A stretch of DNA of 62,829 bases, filler included, from Eubacteriales bacterium (GTDB taxonomy: Bacteria > Bacillota > Clostridia > Oscillospirales > CAG-382), in the NCBI GenBank assembly GCA_045636665.1. It is 10 parts of 10 records of this genome, joined end to end, with 100 filler letters (N's around TTAATTAATTAA, not from the genome) between each part and the next. Parts side by side here need not be neighbours in the genome. Positions count along the whole stretch, not along the records: positions 4,396 to 25,685 come from JAZTXY010000058.1; 9 more parts are not named here. One strand, written 5' to 3'. A program made the position numbers and the translations under genes. Below the pieces are notes generated by a model. The model was not told the DNA's origin, did no database searches, and was given only the letters and a program-made list of their open reading frames with translations. Every line of letters starts with the position of its first letter. Position 1 is the first letter of the stretch. This document shows, piece by piece, positions 8,996 through 19,461 of the stretch.

Positions 8996-10879
8996 ATGTA
9001 TGAATTTTATCCCTTGTTAGTCGTCGGCGGTGTTATCGGCTTCATGTCGGCGATATTCATTATTGCATTCTGTTCGATAAAGGACCGCAAGGAAGCTATC
9101 GGCTTCGACCGTAATATGAAGGATTCCGAGCTTATCAGGCGCCTATTCGCTTATGCAAAACCCCACGCAAAAAGCTTTGTCGCCGTGTTTTTGATAATGC
9201 TTTTTTCGATTTCCTACGATATCATCTCCCCTACTCTTGTGGGCAATATCGAGGAAAAGATAAAGGGCGATTTTATGCCGAGCGAGCTTATGAGCTACGT
9301 TATCGTTTACGCAGGTATACTTATCGTTTCGCTCGTTTGCACCTATTTACAGGCGATAATTTTGCAAAAAACGGGACAAAAAATTCTTTCGGCACTGCGT
9401 GAGGACCTTTTTGTCCATATCGAATCGCTTTCACACGGACAGCTTAACACAATTCCCGTCGGTAAGCTTGTAACACGCGTTACAAACGATACGAATGCGA
9501 TATCGATGCTGTTTACCAACATCCTTGTCAACCTTTTAAAGAACGTTTTCGTTATTTTCGGCGTTATCGGCGCGATGCTTATGCTCAATTACGGGCTAAC
9601 GCTTATGGTGCTTTGCTTTGCTCCGTTTATTGCGCTGTTTACGGTCATTTTCCGCAAATTCTCGCGCAAGGCATACCGCCAGGTAAAAGACGGCACGACG
9701 GATATCAACACCTTCCTTTCCGAAAACCTTTCGGGAATGAAGATTATCCAGATATTCAACCGCGAAGACCGCAAAATGGCGGAATTCAATGCCAAAAACA
9801 ACAAGCTCAAATCGGCAAAGCACCGCCAGATTTTCGTTTTCGGCATTTTCCGTCCCGTAATTTATATGCTTTATATCACCTCGGTTTTGTGCCTTTTGTA
9901 TTTGGGCGGCCGCGGATATATTAAAAACATCGAATTTTTGGGTCAAACCATTTCAAGCGGTGTGCTTGTTTCGTTTTATATGTATATCACGAAATTCTTC
10001 AACCCGATTCAATCACTTGCCGAGCAATTCAACTGGTTGCAATCGGCTTTCGCATCGGCGGAAAAGATATTTACGGTTATGGATATCAAGCCCGAAATCG
10101 TTGATGCCGACGATGCAATCGAATTGGAAACGGTTGAGGGCAATATCGAATTCCGTAACGTTTGGTTTGCCTATGAAAACGAGGAATGGGTGCTTAAAGA
10201 CGTTTCGTTTAAGGTAAAAGCAGGCGAAACGGTTGCCTTCTGCGGTTCGACCGGTTCGGGCAAAACAACGATTCTTTCGCTTATTTGCCGAAATTACGAC
10301 ATACAAAAGGGCGAAATTTTAATTGACGGAATCGATATCCGCAAAATAAAAATCGCATCCTTACGCAAGCATTTCGGTCAGATGCTCCAAGACGTATTTC
10401 TGTTTTCGGGTACGATTCGCTCGAACATCCTGCTTCGCAAGGAAAACGTTTGCGACGACGAGGTAAACGAGGCGTGTAAATACGTCAATGCCGACAAGCT
10501 TATCGAAAAGCTCCCCAAGGGGCTTGACGAAGAGGTTATGGAGCGCGGTGCAAACTTTTCGGCAGGCCAGCGACAGCTTATTTCGTTTGCGCGCACCATT
10601 ATCCACAAGCCCGAAATTATGATTCTTGACGAAGCGACGGCAAACATCGATACCGAAACCGAAATTCTTATTCAGGATTCGCTCGAAAAATTGATGAATA
10701 TCGGCACGCTTTTGATAGTAGCCCACCGTCTTTCGACCATTCGCAACGCCGACAGAATAATTTATCTTTCCCACGGCGAAATTATCGAAAGCGGAAGCCA
10801 CCAAGAGCTTTTGGAAAAGCAAGGCAGATATTACGAGCTTTATAAGCTCCAACAGGACAAAGCATTGCTTTCGAAATAA
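8996..10879 (+). CDS. Heterodimeric ABC exporter, ATPase/permease subunit 2
   Basis: GSTGSGKT, degenerate signature FSAGQRQ, LDEATA, AHRLST. Confidence 0.95.
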   Translation: MYEFYPLLVVGGVIGFMSAIFIIAFCSIKDRKEAIGFDRNMKDSELIRRLFAYAKPHAKSFVAVFLIMLFSISYDIISPTLVGNIEEKIKGDFMPSELMSYVIVYAGILIVSLVCTYLQAIILQKTGQKILSALREDLFVHIESLSHGQLNTIPVGKLVTRVTNDTNAISMLFTNILVNLLKNVFVIFGVIGAMLMLNYGLTLMVLCFAPFIALFTVIFRKFSRKAYRQVKDGTTDINTFLSENLSGMKIIQIFNREDRKMAEFNAKNNKLKSAKHRQIFVFGIFRPVIYMLYITSVLCLLYLGGRGYIKNIEFLGQTISSGVLVSFYMYITKFFNPIQSLAEQFNWLQSAFASAEKIFTVMDIKPEIVDADDAIELETVEGNIEFRNVWFAYENEEWVLKDVSFKVKAGETVAFCGSTGSGKTTILSLICRNYDIQKGEILIDGIDIRKIKIASLRKHFGQMLQDVFLFSGTIRSNILLRKENVCDDEVNEACKYVNADKLIEKLPKGLDEEVMERGANFSAGQRQLISFARTIIHKPEIMILDEATANIDTETEILIQDSLEKLMNIGTLLIVAHRLSTIRNADRIIYLSHGEIIESGSHQELLEKQGRYYELYKLQQDKALLSK

Positions 10880-10883
10880 TAAC

Positions 10884-10916
10884 AAAAGAAGACTTCACCG
10901 CGAAGTCTTCTTTTTT
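10884..10916 (+). terminator. Rho-independent terminator
   Basis: AAAAGAAGACTTC-accgc-GAAGTCTTCTTTTTT. Confidence 0.85.
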
Positions 10917-11015
10917 CGTTAAGTTATAAAGTATTTTCAAATTCGGCAATCTTTTTACTTATACGCTGCCCGTTTGCATATACTGTCAAAGAGTACTTAC
11001 AAAGGGTGATGTTTT

Positions 11016-13373
11016 ATGCCGACAGGCAATCTTATTGTTGTTTTACGCACTGCGACGGGCGCGTTGCCCATCAACAGCGGTTCGATAACCGTAACCAACC
11101 AACGAAACGAAACGGTTTTTTATGAATTTCTCACATCCGCAAACAGCGGTGTTTCACGCACCGCGACGCTTGAAGCTCCGCCTAAAAGCCTTTCGCTCGA
11201 CAGCGATGTCGGAACGCCGCTTCCCTATTCGCTTTACAACGTAATTATCCGTGCCGAGGGCAGTTATAAAACCGAAATCGACGGAGTACAGCTGTTTGAG
11301 GGGAGCAACACGCATTTGCCGATACAGCTTGTTCCGCTTCCCGAAGGGGTTACGAATCCCGATGACGAAAGAACAATCGTTATACAAATTCCCGAACATA
11401 TTTTGCGGACCGACGGACCTTCCTCGGGTGTTGCGCCGACGGTATCGCAAATAATCAAGCAAAACGCGATTCCGGCAATAATTATCGGAGAAGGCGTTTA
11501 TATCCCCGAAACGGTAACGGTACATCTCGGCGCGCCCGACGAGTCCGCGCAAAACGTCACACTGCCATTCATCGACTACATAAAAAACGTGGCGAGCAGT
11601 GAAATTTATCCCACTTGGCCGAGTCAGTCGTTAAGGGCAAACATTACCGCGCAAATATCGCTTGCGCTTAACCGAATCTACACCGAATGGTATAGAAGCC
11701 GAGGCTATGATTTCGATATAACGAACTCAACCGCATTCGACCAAGCGTTTGTTTACGGAAGAAACATTTTCGACGAAATAAGCGAGGTTGCAGACGAAAT
11801 TTTCAATCAGTATATCGTGCGCCCGAATACGGTATCTCCGCTTTTTGCTTCCTATTGCAACGGCACGACAAGCACCTGCGCAGGGCTTTCGCAATGGGGT
11901 ACGGTTGCATTGGCGAATGACGGACAAACGAGCGAGGATATTCTCGGCTTCTACTACGGCGATATTAATATTGCCGAAACCAACGACATCCGTACGCCCG
12001 AGGAATCCTACCCCGGTACACCGCTTACTCTTGGTACGCAAAGCGAGGACGTGAGAATACTTCAGGAGCAATTGAACCGAATCGCGATTAATTTTCCGCA
12101 ATTGCCGTTAATTACCGTAAACGGCATTTACGATGCCCGAACTCAAGAAACGGTCGAGGTCTTCCAACGGCTTTTCATTCTTCCGATAAGCGGAAGCGTC
12201 GACCGCGCGACTTGGTATCGAATCTCGCAAATTTACACCTCGGTGAAGCGTTTGGGTGAATTGACGAGCGAGGGACAGCGCGCCGCCTATAATCAACAGC
12301 TATATCCCGGAAGTCCGCTAAAGCTTTATTCGCGCGGCTCGGAGGTACAGGAAATTCAATTTTATCTGCAAAGGATAAGCCGATTTAATTCAGCGGTTCA
12401 AAGCCCGACGCTCGACGGTATTTTCGGCGGTGATACGCAACGCGCCGTCATCTCCTTCCAAAACGCCTATGGACTTGAACCGACGGGAACCGTCGACGAA
12501 AGGACTTGGGCATCGATCGTTTCGGTTTATAACGGCACGCTCGACAACGTGCAAGAGCCCGAAAATTCGCTTAACACCATACCCTTCCCCGGTTATGTTG
12601 TTTCGGTCGGCGCGCAGGGTGAATACGTAAAATATATCCAAGAAACGTTAAACGTGATAAACAACGTGTTTCTAACCATTCCCGAGCTTGTTGCCGACGG
12701 CATTTACGGCGAGCAAACGCAAAAAGCGGTGAATGACTTCGCCGCGCTTTTCGGATATAACGCAAGCGGCAGTATCGACAACGCGCTTTGGAGCAAAATA
12801 AACGAAATTTACCTTACCGTCGCGCGAAACTGCATATTTGCAACCGCTATAAGCGAAAACGCGCGTGATTTTGCGGGTACGACGCTTTCAATCGGAAGCA
12901 GCGGCGAAAACGTTCGGTATATTCAGGAACGGATAAACCGCATTTATACGGCTATTCCCTATATCGGTCAGCTTGTAACCGACGGGCTTTACGGGTCGGC
13001 AACGGCAAGAAGCGTTTCGTCGTTGCAAAGGATTTTCGGTCTGACCGAAACGGGAACGGTCAACGAAAGCACCTGGTTGCTTGTTAACTATATTTACGCC
13101 GCTGTCGAAAACGGTTGCCTGCCGTTGGCAAATTCCGAATCGGTCGCGGCATCGGTCGAATTAAAAAGCACGTACGACGAGCACGTTAAGGTTGGCGAGC
13201 TTAAGGAAATTATGAAGCAAAACGGAATAAACGTCGGTAACGGACCGATGTTCGGTTTAAAGACAAGACGCGCGCTTGCGGCTTGGCAATTAAACCAAGG
13301 GCTTGAGCCGACGGGTTTGCCCGATGTTCAAACGAGAACAAAGCTCGCCAAAAATCATAAAAAGAAGCGATAA
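11016..13373 (+). CDS. SleC-like spore cortex-lytic enzyme with multiple peptidoglycan-binding repeats
   Basis: IPETVTVHLGAP...FIDYIKNVASSEIYPTWP...LNRIYTEWY...FDITNSTAFDQ...GLSQWG catalytic region; four [YF][PA]G..L..G repeats plus a degenerate fifth. Confidence 0.88.
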   Translation: MPTGNLIVVLRTATGALPINSGSITVTNQRNETVFYEFLTSANSGVSRTATLEAPPKSLSLDSDVGTPLPYSLYNVIIRAEGSYKTEIDGVQLFEGSNTHLPIQLVPLPEGVTNPDDERTIVIQIPEHILRTDGPSSGVAPTVSQIIKQNAIPAIIIGEGVYIPETVTVHLGAPDESAQNVTLPFIDYIKNVASSEIYPTWPSQSLRANITAQISLALNRIYTEWYRSRGYDFDITNSTAFDQAFVYGRNIFDEISEVADEIFNQYIVRPNTVSPLFASYCNGTTSTCAGLSQWGTVALANDGQTSEDILGFYYGDINIAETNDIRTPEESYPGTPLTLGTQSEDVRILQEQLNRIAINFPQLPLITVNGIYDARTQETVEVFQRLFILPISGSVDRATWYRISQIYTSVKRLGELTSEGQRAAYNQQLYPGSPLKLYSRGSEVQEIQFYLQRISRFNSAVQSPTLDGIFGGDTQRAVISFQNAYGLEPTGTVDERTWASIVSVYNGTLDNVQEPENSLNTIPFPGYVVSVGAQGEYVKYIQETLNVINNVFLTIPELVADGIYGEQTQKAVNDFAALFGYNASGSIDNALWSKINEIYLTVARNCIFATAISENARDFAGTTLSIGSSGENVRYIQERINRIYTAIPYIGQLVTDGLYGSATARSVSSLQRIFGLTETGTVNESTWLLVNYIYAAVENGCLPLANSESVAASVELKSTYDEHVKVGELKEIMKQNGINVGNGPMFGLKTRRALAAWQLNQGLEPTGLPDVQTRTKLAKNHKKKR

Positions 13374-13398
13374 TGCAGTTATTTTGTGTGTTTTTTTA

Positions 13399-13427
13399 TT
13401 GACAAGTCATTAAAGCACGAGTATAAT
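13399..13427 (+). promoter_or_regulatory. Consensus sigma-A promoter of the TVP38-asnA-cysK-pdxK-desulfurase operon
   Basis: TTGACA-N17-TATAAT. Confidence 0.85.
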
Positions 13428-13463
13428 TTATAATGTGAAAATTTATTCTTCCAAGAGGACTTA

Positions 13464-14255
13464 ATGAGTAAAAACACAGAACCCGAAAAAACAGGCAATG
13501 CCGAAATCAAACAAAAAACGAAGCTTGAAAAGCGCAAAAGGATAATCGCGCTTGTTTCGGTGCTGATTGCGATTGCTTTGTTCGTTTGGTTGGCTATATA
13601 TCTTACAAAGGTAATATTCCAATCGCTTGAAAGCGACGGCGGTATTGAAGACACAGCCAAAAACTTCAAGGAGCTGATTCAAAGCTACGGAAGCTGGGGC
13701 TGGGCGGTTGCATTTGGCATTCAGGTTCTTCAGGTCGTCGTTTCTCCGATACCGGGCGAATTTGTCGAGGTCGGAATGGGGCTTTGCTTCGGCTGGCTCG
13801 GCGGCACGCTTTTGTGTCTGCTCGGCGGTGCCTTGGCAGCGGCTTTGATAATGCTTTTCGTTAAAAAGCTCGGTATTCGTGCCGTGGAGCTTTTCGTACC
13901 GTTGGAAAAGATAAACGAATTAAGGTTCATCAACAACGAAAAAAAGCTTTCGACCTTCGTTTTCCTTCTTTATTTGATACCCGGCACACCGAAGGATCCG
14001 CTTATATTCTTCTTCGGACTTACAAAAATCAAAATTTCCAATTTTGTTGTTATTTCAACGCTTGCAAGAATCCCGTCAATAGTAACATCTACAATCGGCG
14101 GTGAATTTTTGGTCAATAAAAACTATTTGGGCGCAATATTGCTTTTTGCCATCACCGGCGCGGTTTCGGTTGTCGGCTTGTTGCTTTACAAAACAATACT
14201 TGAAAAGCTTAAAAGCAGAAGCGAAAAACACAAATCACAAAAAACAAAAGGATAA
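13464..14255 (+). CDS. TVP38/TMEM64 (DedA/VTT) family membrane protein
   Basis: QVLQVVVSPIPGE...G..FGW, YLIPGTPKD, ARIPS. Confidence 0.9.
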   Translation: MSKNTEPEKTGNAEIKQKTKLEKRKRIIALVSVLIAIALFVWLAIYLTKVIFQSLESDGGIEDTAKNFKELIQSYGSWGWAVAFGIQVLQVVVSPIPGEFVEVGMGLCFGWLGGTLLCLLGGALAAALIMLFVKKLGIRAVELFVPLEKINELRFINNEKKLSTFVFLLYLIPGTPKDPLIFFFGLTKIKISNFVVISTLARIPSIVTSTIGGEFLVNKNYLGAILLFAITGAVSVVGLLLYKTILEKLKSRSEKHKSQKTKG

Positions 14256-14261
14256 CAAATT

Positions 14262-15266
14262 ATGTCTGTTACAGTACCGAAGGGCTACAAGCCCGCTTTA
14301 AATATCCGTCAAACCGAGGTTGCAATTAAAAAGGTTAAGGACTTTTTTGAACGCGACCTTGCAATACAGCTTAACCTCACCCGTGTTTCCGCACCCCTTT
14401 TCGTTGATGCGGACAGCGGTCTTAACGATAACCTCAACGGCGTTGAACGTCCCGTTTCCTTTGACATTAAGGGAATGAACGGCAACAACGAAATCGTTCA
14501 ATCGCTCGCAAAGTGGAAAAGAATGGCGCTTGATGCATACGGCTTTGAGCCGGGCGAAGGTCTTTACACCGATATGAGCGCAATACGCCGCGATGAGGAT
14601 ACCGACAATATCCATTCGGTTTACGTTGACCAATGGGACTGGGAAAAGGTCATCACCACCGAGCAACGCTGCTTTGACACCTTAAAGCGCGCTGTTAAGC
14701 AGATATACACCGCACTTATCCACACCGAAATATATATCGCATACGATTATCCGTTTTTGGGCAGATTGCTCCCCGAAAAAATCGCTTTTATCACCGCGCA
14801 GGAGCTTGAGGACGAATATCCCGACCTTACTCCCAAGCAACGTGAATACGAGGCGGCTAAAAAGCACGGCGCTATTTTCCTTATGCAGATAGGCGGAAAA
14901 TTGAAATCGGGCAACAAGCACGACGGCCGTGCGCCCGACTATGACGATTGGTCGTTGAACGGCGATATTCTCGTTTATTATCCCGTGCTTGATATCGCGC
15001 TTGAGCTTTCCTCGATGGGTATCCGCGTTGATGCCGAAACACTCAAATGCCAGCTTGAAATTTCGGGCTGTACCGACAGAGCGTCGCTCCCCTTCCATAA
15101 AGCATTGCTCGACAACAAGCTTCCGCTTACAATGGGCGGCGGTATCGGTCAGTCGAGAATGTGTATGTTCTTTCTCCGCAAAGCGCACATCGGCGAGGTT
15201 CAATCCTCTCGTTGGGAAGAAAAAGATATGGAGATCTGCAGAGAAAACGAAATTCATCTGCTTTAA
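14262..15266 (+). CDS. asnA: Aspartate--ammonia ligase
   Basis: RVSAPLFV, NDNLNGVERPV, SLAKWKR, VDQWDWEK, RAPDYDDW, GGGIGQSR. Confidence 0.97.
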   Translation: MSVTVPKGYKPALNIRQTEVAIKKVKDFFERDLAIQLNLTRVSAPLFVDADSGLNDNLNGVERPVSFDIKGMNGNNEIVQSLAKWKRMALDAYGFEPGEGLYTDMSAIRRDEDTDNIHSVYVDQWDWEKVITTEQRCFDTLKRAVKQIYTALIHTEIYIAYDYPFLGRLLPEKIAFITAQELEDEYPDLTPKQREYEAAKKHGAIFLMQIGGKLKSGNKHDGRAPDYDDWSLNGDILVYYPVLDIALELSSMGIRVDAETLKCQLEISGCTDRASLPFHKALLDNKLPLTMGGGIGQSRMCMFFLRKAHIGEVQSSRWEEKDMEICRENEIHLL

Positions 15267-15272
15267 TTAAAA

Positions 15273-16211
15273 ATGATACTTACCTTTAACAATTCAACCG
15301 AAACCGTTGGCGAAACCCCGTCTATCGAGCTTAAAAATATCGAAAACGAATTTTCGCTTTCCGCCCGTCTTATCGCAAAGGTCGAGGGTGCAAACCCCGC
15401 AGGCTCTGCAAAGGACCGCGCCGCGCTTTATATGATCGAGCACGCGGAAAAGAACGGTCTTATAAAAAAGGGCGCAACGATTATCGAGCCGACAAGCGGT
15501 AACACGGGTATCGCCTTGGCGGCGATTGCGGTACCGAGAGGGTACAAAGTTGTTATCGTTATGCCCGATAATATGTCGGAGGAGCGCAAAAAGCTTATGA
15601 CTGCATACGGCGCCGAATTGGTGCTTACCGACGGAAAATTGGGTATGGCAGGATGCATCGAAAAGGCAAACGAGCTTAAAGCGCAAATCGAAAACAGTTA
15701 TATCCCCGATCAGTTCAACAATAAAGCGAACGCTCTTGCACATTACGAAACAACTGCGCCCGAGCTTTACCGCGATTGCGACGAAAGCGTTGATATTTTC
15801 GTTGCGGGCGTCGGAACGGGCGGAACTATCACGGGTGTCGGCAGATATTTAAAGGAGCAAAACGAAAACGTGCAGATAATTGCCGTCGAGCCTAAAAATT
15901 CCCCAATCCTTTCGGGCGGAAAAGCAGGCGCACACGGTATTCAGGGCATCGGCGCAGGATTTGTGCCGAGCGTGCTTGACGTTAACGTTATTGACGAAAT
16001 AATTTGCGTGACCGAGGAAGAATCCTATAAAGCGGCTCGAATGCTTGCAAAAAAGGAAGGAATACTTGCAGGTATTTCATCGGGCGCGGCTCTGCACGCT
16101 GCAATCGAAATCGCAAAACGCGAAGAAAACAGCGGCAAAAATATTGTTATTTTATTACCCGACAGAGGCGACAGATACCTTTCGACGCCTTTGTTTGAAA
16201 AAGAGGTTTAA
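15273..16211 (+). CDS. cysK: Cysteine synthase A
   Basis: NPAGSAKDR (PLP Lys), EPTSGNTG, GVGTGGT, IQGIGAGF. Confidence 0.95.
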   Translation: MILTFNNSTETVGETPSIELKNIENEFSLSARLIAKVEGANPAGSAKDRAALYMIEHAEKNGLIKKGATIIEPTSGNTGIALAAIAVPRGYKVVIVMPDNMSEERKKLMTAYGAELVLTDGKLGMAGCIEKANELKAQIENSYIPDQFNNKANALAHYETTAPELYRDCDESVDIFVAGVGTGGTITGVGRYLKEQNENVQIIAVEPKNSPILSGGKAGAHGIQGIGAGFVPSVLDVNVIDEIICVTEEESYKAARMLAKKEGILAGISSGAALHAAIEIAKREENSGKNIVILLPDRGDRYLSTPLFEKEV

Positions 16212-16213
16212 AT

Positions 16214-17050
16214 ATGGACTACAAAAGAATTTTAACGATCCAAGACATTTCCTGCTTCGGTCAATGCTCGCTTACCGTAGCGTTGCCCATTCTTTCGGCT
16301 TGCGGTGTTGAAACGGTTATTCTCCCCTCTGCGGTGCTTTCCACCCACACGGGCGGATTTACCGGCTTCACCTTCCGCGACCTTTCTGACGATATTCCCA
16401 AAATTTCAGAGCACTGGCAAAAGGAAGGCATTGATTTCGATGCTATCTACACCGGTTATCTCGGTTCTGTTAAGCAAATCGATATGGTGACCGATATTTT
16501 CAACACCTTCTCCGCAAAAAAGAAGTGCGTTAAAATAGTAGACCCCGCAATGGCTGACAACGGCAAGCTTTATTACGGCTTTGACGAGGTTTATGCAAGC
16601 GAAATGGCGCGTCTTTGCCGTAATGCCGATATCGTTATCCCCAACATAACCGAAGCGTGCTTTATCACGGGCGTTGAATATAAGGAAAAATACGACGAAG
16701 CTTACGTTATGAACATTCTCGATGCGCTTGAAAAGGACGGTATGAATAATATCGTGCTTACGGGCATCGGATATGACGACGATACCACGGGCGTTGTAAT
16801 TAAAATAGGCGATAAAATCGAACACTACACACACCGCCGTTTCAAGCAAGGCACACACGGCACCGGCGATATTTTTGCAAGCGCTTTTTCGGGCGCATTG
16901 CTTCGCGATAACGATGAATATGAATCTGCCCGTATCGCCGCAGATTACACCTTGCGTTGCATCGAAAACACAATCGGCGATGAAAACCATAAATACGGCG
17001 CAAAGTTTGAAACGGCGATTCCCTATCTTATCGAATTGCTTAACAAATAA
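16214..17050 (+). CDS. pdxK: Pyridoxamine/pyridoxal kinase
   Basis: QDISCFGQCS, LSTHTGGF, YTGYLG, DPAMADNGKLY, PNITEA, GTGDIFAS. Confidence 0.88.
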   Translation: MDYKRILTIQDISCFGQCSLTVALPILSACGVETVILPSAVLSTHTGGFTGFTFRDLSDDIPKISEHWQKEGIDFDAIYTGYLGSVKQIDMVTDIFNTFSAKKKCVKIVDPAMADNGKLYYGFDEVYASEMARLCRNADIVIPNITEACFITGVEYKEKYDEAYVMNILDALEKDGMNNIVLTGIGYDDDTTGVVIKIGDKIEHYTHRRFKQGTHGTGDIFASAFSGALLRDNDEYESARIAADYTLRCIENTIGDENHKYGAKFETAIPYLIELLNK

Positions 17051-18162
17051 TGATTTACGTCGACAATGCCGCAACGACAAAAATTTGCCAAGCGGCAAAG
17101 AAAGAAATTACCGAACTGCTTGATTTTTGCGGCAATGCTTCAAGCTCGCACAGATTAGGTATTACCGCATCGCAAATAATCAAAAATTCGCGCAAAACCG
17201 TCAAAGGTCTGCTCGGCGCAAACGAAAATGATAATTTGATTTTCACGTCGGGCGGTAGCGAGGCAAACAATCAGGCGCTTCATATTGCATCGCTTTCGGG
17301 CAAGAAACGGATAATAATTTCAAGCATCGAGCATAGCTCGGTCTTCAATACCGCGCTTGAATTGGAAAAGCGTGGCTTTGAAATCAAAACCGTCGGTGTT
17401 GATAAAAACGGCACCGTCAAGCTCGATGACCTTGAAACGCTCATCAATAATGACACCACAATCGTGAGCATTATGGCGGTCAATAACGAGATCGGTGCTA
17501 TCCAGCCGATTAAGGAAATCGGCGCGCTTTGCAAGGAAAAGGGCGTTGTTTTCCATACCGATGCGGTTGCGGCAGTCGGGCATTTAAATATCGACGTTAA
17601 TGAAATGAACGTCGATATGCTTTCACTTTCGGCGCATAAATTCGGCGGTATGCAGGGTGTCGGCGCGCTTTATATTCGCAACGGAACCGTTGCCCACCCA
17701 TTGATTTTCGGCGGCGCGCAGGAAAACAAGCTCCGTGCAGGTACCGAAAATTTAATCGGCATCGCTTCGCTCTCTGCCGCGTTAAAGGACGCTTGTACGC
17801 ATCTTGAAGAAAGAGCGGAATATGTATCAAGGCTTTCAAAACGGCTGTCAAGCCGCATTTTAAAGCTTGACGGCGCAACGCTTAACGGCGGTAACCGAAG
17901 TGATGGCATAATCAATATCACGTTTAAAGGAATAAGCGCCGAAGCGATGCTTTTGCACCTTGACGGAAAAGGCATTTGCGCCTCAACGGGCGCGGCTTGT
18001 AATTCGAACGATAAAACACCGAGCCGTGTTTTAAAACAATTAGGCATCAGCGACGAAGACGCATTATCATCCATCCGCTTCTCCCTCTCGCACGAGAATA
18101 CGGAAGAAGAAATCGATTATATTGCGGATACGGTCGAAGAATTTTATAAAAGCAATAAATAA
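17050..18162 (+). CDS. Cysteine desulfurase (IscS/NifS family)
   Basis: YVDNAATT, FTSGGSEAN, SAHKFGG, RAGTEN, STGAAC. Confidence 0.93.
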   Translation: MIYVDNAATTKICQAAKKEITELLDFCGNASSSHRLGITASQIIKNSRKTVKGLLGANENDNLIFTSGGSEANNQALHIASLSGKKRIIISSIEHSSVFNTALELEKRGFEIKTVGVDKNGTVKLDDLETLINNDTTIVSIMAVNNEIGAIQPIKEIGALCKEKGVVFHTDAVAAVGHLNIDVNEMNVDMLSLSAHKFGGMQGVGALYIRNGTVAHPLIFGGAQENKLRAGTENLIGIASLSAALKDACTHLEERAEYVSRLSKRLSSRILKLDGATLNGGNRSDGIINITFKGISAEAMLLHLDGKGICASTGAACNSNDKTPSRVLKQLGISDEDALSSIRFSLSHENTEEEIDYIADTVEEFYKSNK

Positions 18163-18197
18163 AAAAGATATGCTTTCAAAAGCATATCTTTCTTTTT
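18161..18197. terminator. Bidirectional terminator between convergent operons
   Basis: AAAGATATGCTTT-ca-AAAGCATATCTTT with A and T tracts. Confidence 0.75.
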
Positions 18198-18838
18198 TAC
18201 ACGTATTTAATTATATCTTCAACCGATTTTGCGATATAGGTTGCGCCTGCGTTTGATAGCTCGTCAATATCGCCATAGCCGTAAAGTACGCCGAGCGAAT
18301 CGATTCCGTTTGCCTTGGCGCCGTTTATATCCTGCTCTCTGTCGCCGACCATAAGGCATATCGACTTGTCGGTGATATTACAGCTGTTAAGCGCATAGGC
18401 GATAACGTCGCTTTTTTTGTTGCGCGTTTTGTCGAGCGTTGCTCCTGCGACGAAATCGAAATAGCTGTCGAGCTTGAAATATTTAAGTATTTCGATTGCA
18501 AAAACCTCGGGCTTGCTTGTGGCAAGAATAACGGTTTTGCCGTTTTCCTTTAACGATTTAAGAAGCTCGGGCACACCTTGATATATCTCGTTTTCGTAAA
18601 TCCCCTTGGGCTTAAAATATTCGCGGTAATATTCAACGGCGGTCAGCGCATCGTCACTCGAAAAGCCGTAATATTTTTCGAACGAATCGGTCAAGGGAGG
18701 GCCGATGAATTTATAAAGCTCGGTTTTATCGGCAACGTCTATTCCGAATTTGTTAAGCGCATAAGTCACCGAATTTGTAATGCCGCGCGCAGGGTCGGTA
18801 AGCGTACCGTCAAGGTCAAACAAAATATACTTATACAT
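18197..18838 (-). CDS. HAD family hydrolase (phosphoglycolate phosphatase/5'-nucleotidase-like)
   Basis: FDLDGTL, FIGPPL, ATSKP, MVGDREQDINGA, GVLYGYG; TAATG overlap with the radical SAM gene. Confidence 0.93.
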   Translation of the reverse strand: MYKYILFDLDGTLTDPARGITNSVTYALNKFGIDVADKTELYKFIGPPLTDSFEKYYGFSSDDALTAVEYYREYFKPKGIYENEIYQGVPELLKSLKENGKTVILATSKPEVFAIEILKYFKLDSYFDFVAGATLDKTRNKKSDVIAYALNSCNITDKSICLMVGDREQDINGAKANGIDSLGVLYGYGDIDELSNAGATYIAKSVEDIIKYV

Positions 18839-19461
18839 TATTTCCTCTTGATTATATAGTTGAAAAGGTCAAATTTGGTAAATCCAAGCTCCTTAAGCGC
18901 TTCAACGCTTTTTTCCCTATCGGAATCGGTGTTGAAGTCCTTTATAAGCGGAACACGGACGGTTATTCGTTCGCTTGAGGTCAAGGATATAAGCAATTTA
19001 AGGTTTTCGATAACCGTTTCATTGCTTTTCCCCGTGTAATTTTTGTAAATTTCGGGGTTCATATCCTTTATATCGACGTAAAAATGATCGATGACCGAAG
19101 CCGCAAGCTCGACCGCTTCGCTGTTTACGTTAAGGCTCGTTTCGGCGCAAAGGTGCCATTTTTCACCGCAAAGCGCGCGAAATTCCTTGATAAAATCGGC
19201 ATAAAGAAGCGGCTCGCCTCCGCCGAACGTAACTCCGCCGTTTGTGGCAAGGAAATAAATATCGTCAAGCTTCACCGCATTATAAAGCGATTCGGGCGTG
19301 TGAAGAATCTTTTTCGTATTATCGCGGAAGGATTGGGGGTTGATGCAATATTTGCATCTTAACGGGCATCCGTAAAAGCCGCAAAGCGTGGTTACCCCTT
19401 CCCCGTCGGTTTGTATTCTGTGACGCGATATTGCAATAAACGGTGCTTGATTCATTGTCAT
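18838..19461 (-). CDS. Radical SAM protein, glycyl-radical-enzyme activase (PflA-like) family
   Basis: DGEGVTT...GCPLRCKYCINP (CxxxCxxC), GGVTFGGGEP, ETS, VDIK, RVPLI. Confidence 0.9.
   Translation of the reverse strand: MTMNQAPFIAISRHRIQTDGEGVTTLCGFYGCPLRCKYCINPQSFRDNTKKILHTPESLYNAVKLDDIYFLATNGGVTFGGGEPLLYADFIKEFRALCGEKWHLCAETSLNVNSEAVELAASVIDHFYVDIKDMNPEIYKNYTGKSNETVIENLKLLISLTSSERITVRVPLIKDFNTDSDREKSVEALKELGFTKFDLFNYIIKRK

Noticed and set aside
18838..19461. Plain pflA or nrdG annotation
   Set aside because: No PFL or NrdD gene on the contig, and tight coupling to an unrelated Gly-repeat protein. The family is supported but the specific function is not.
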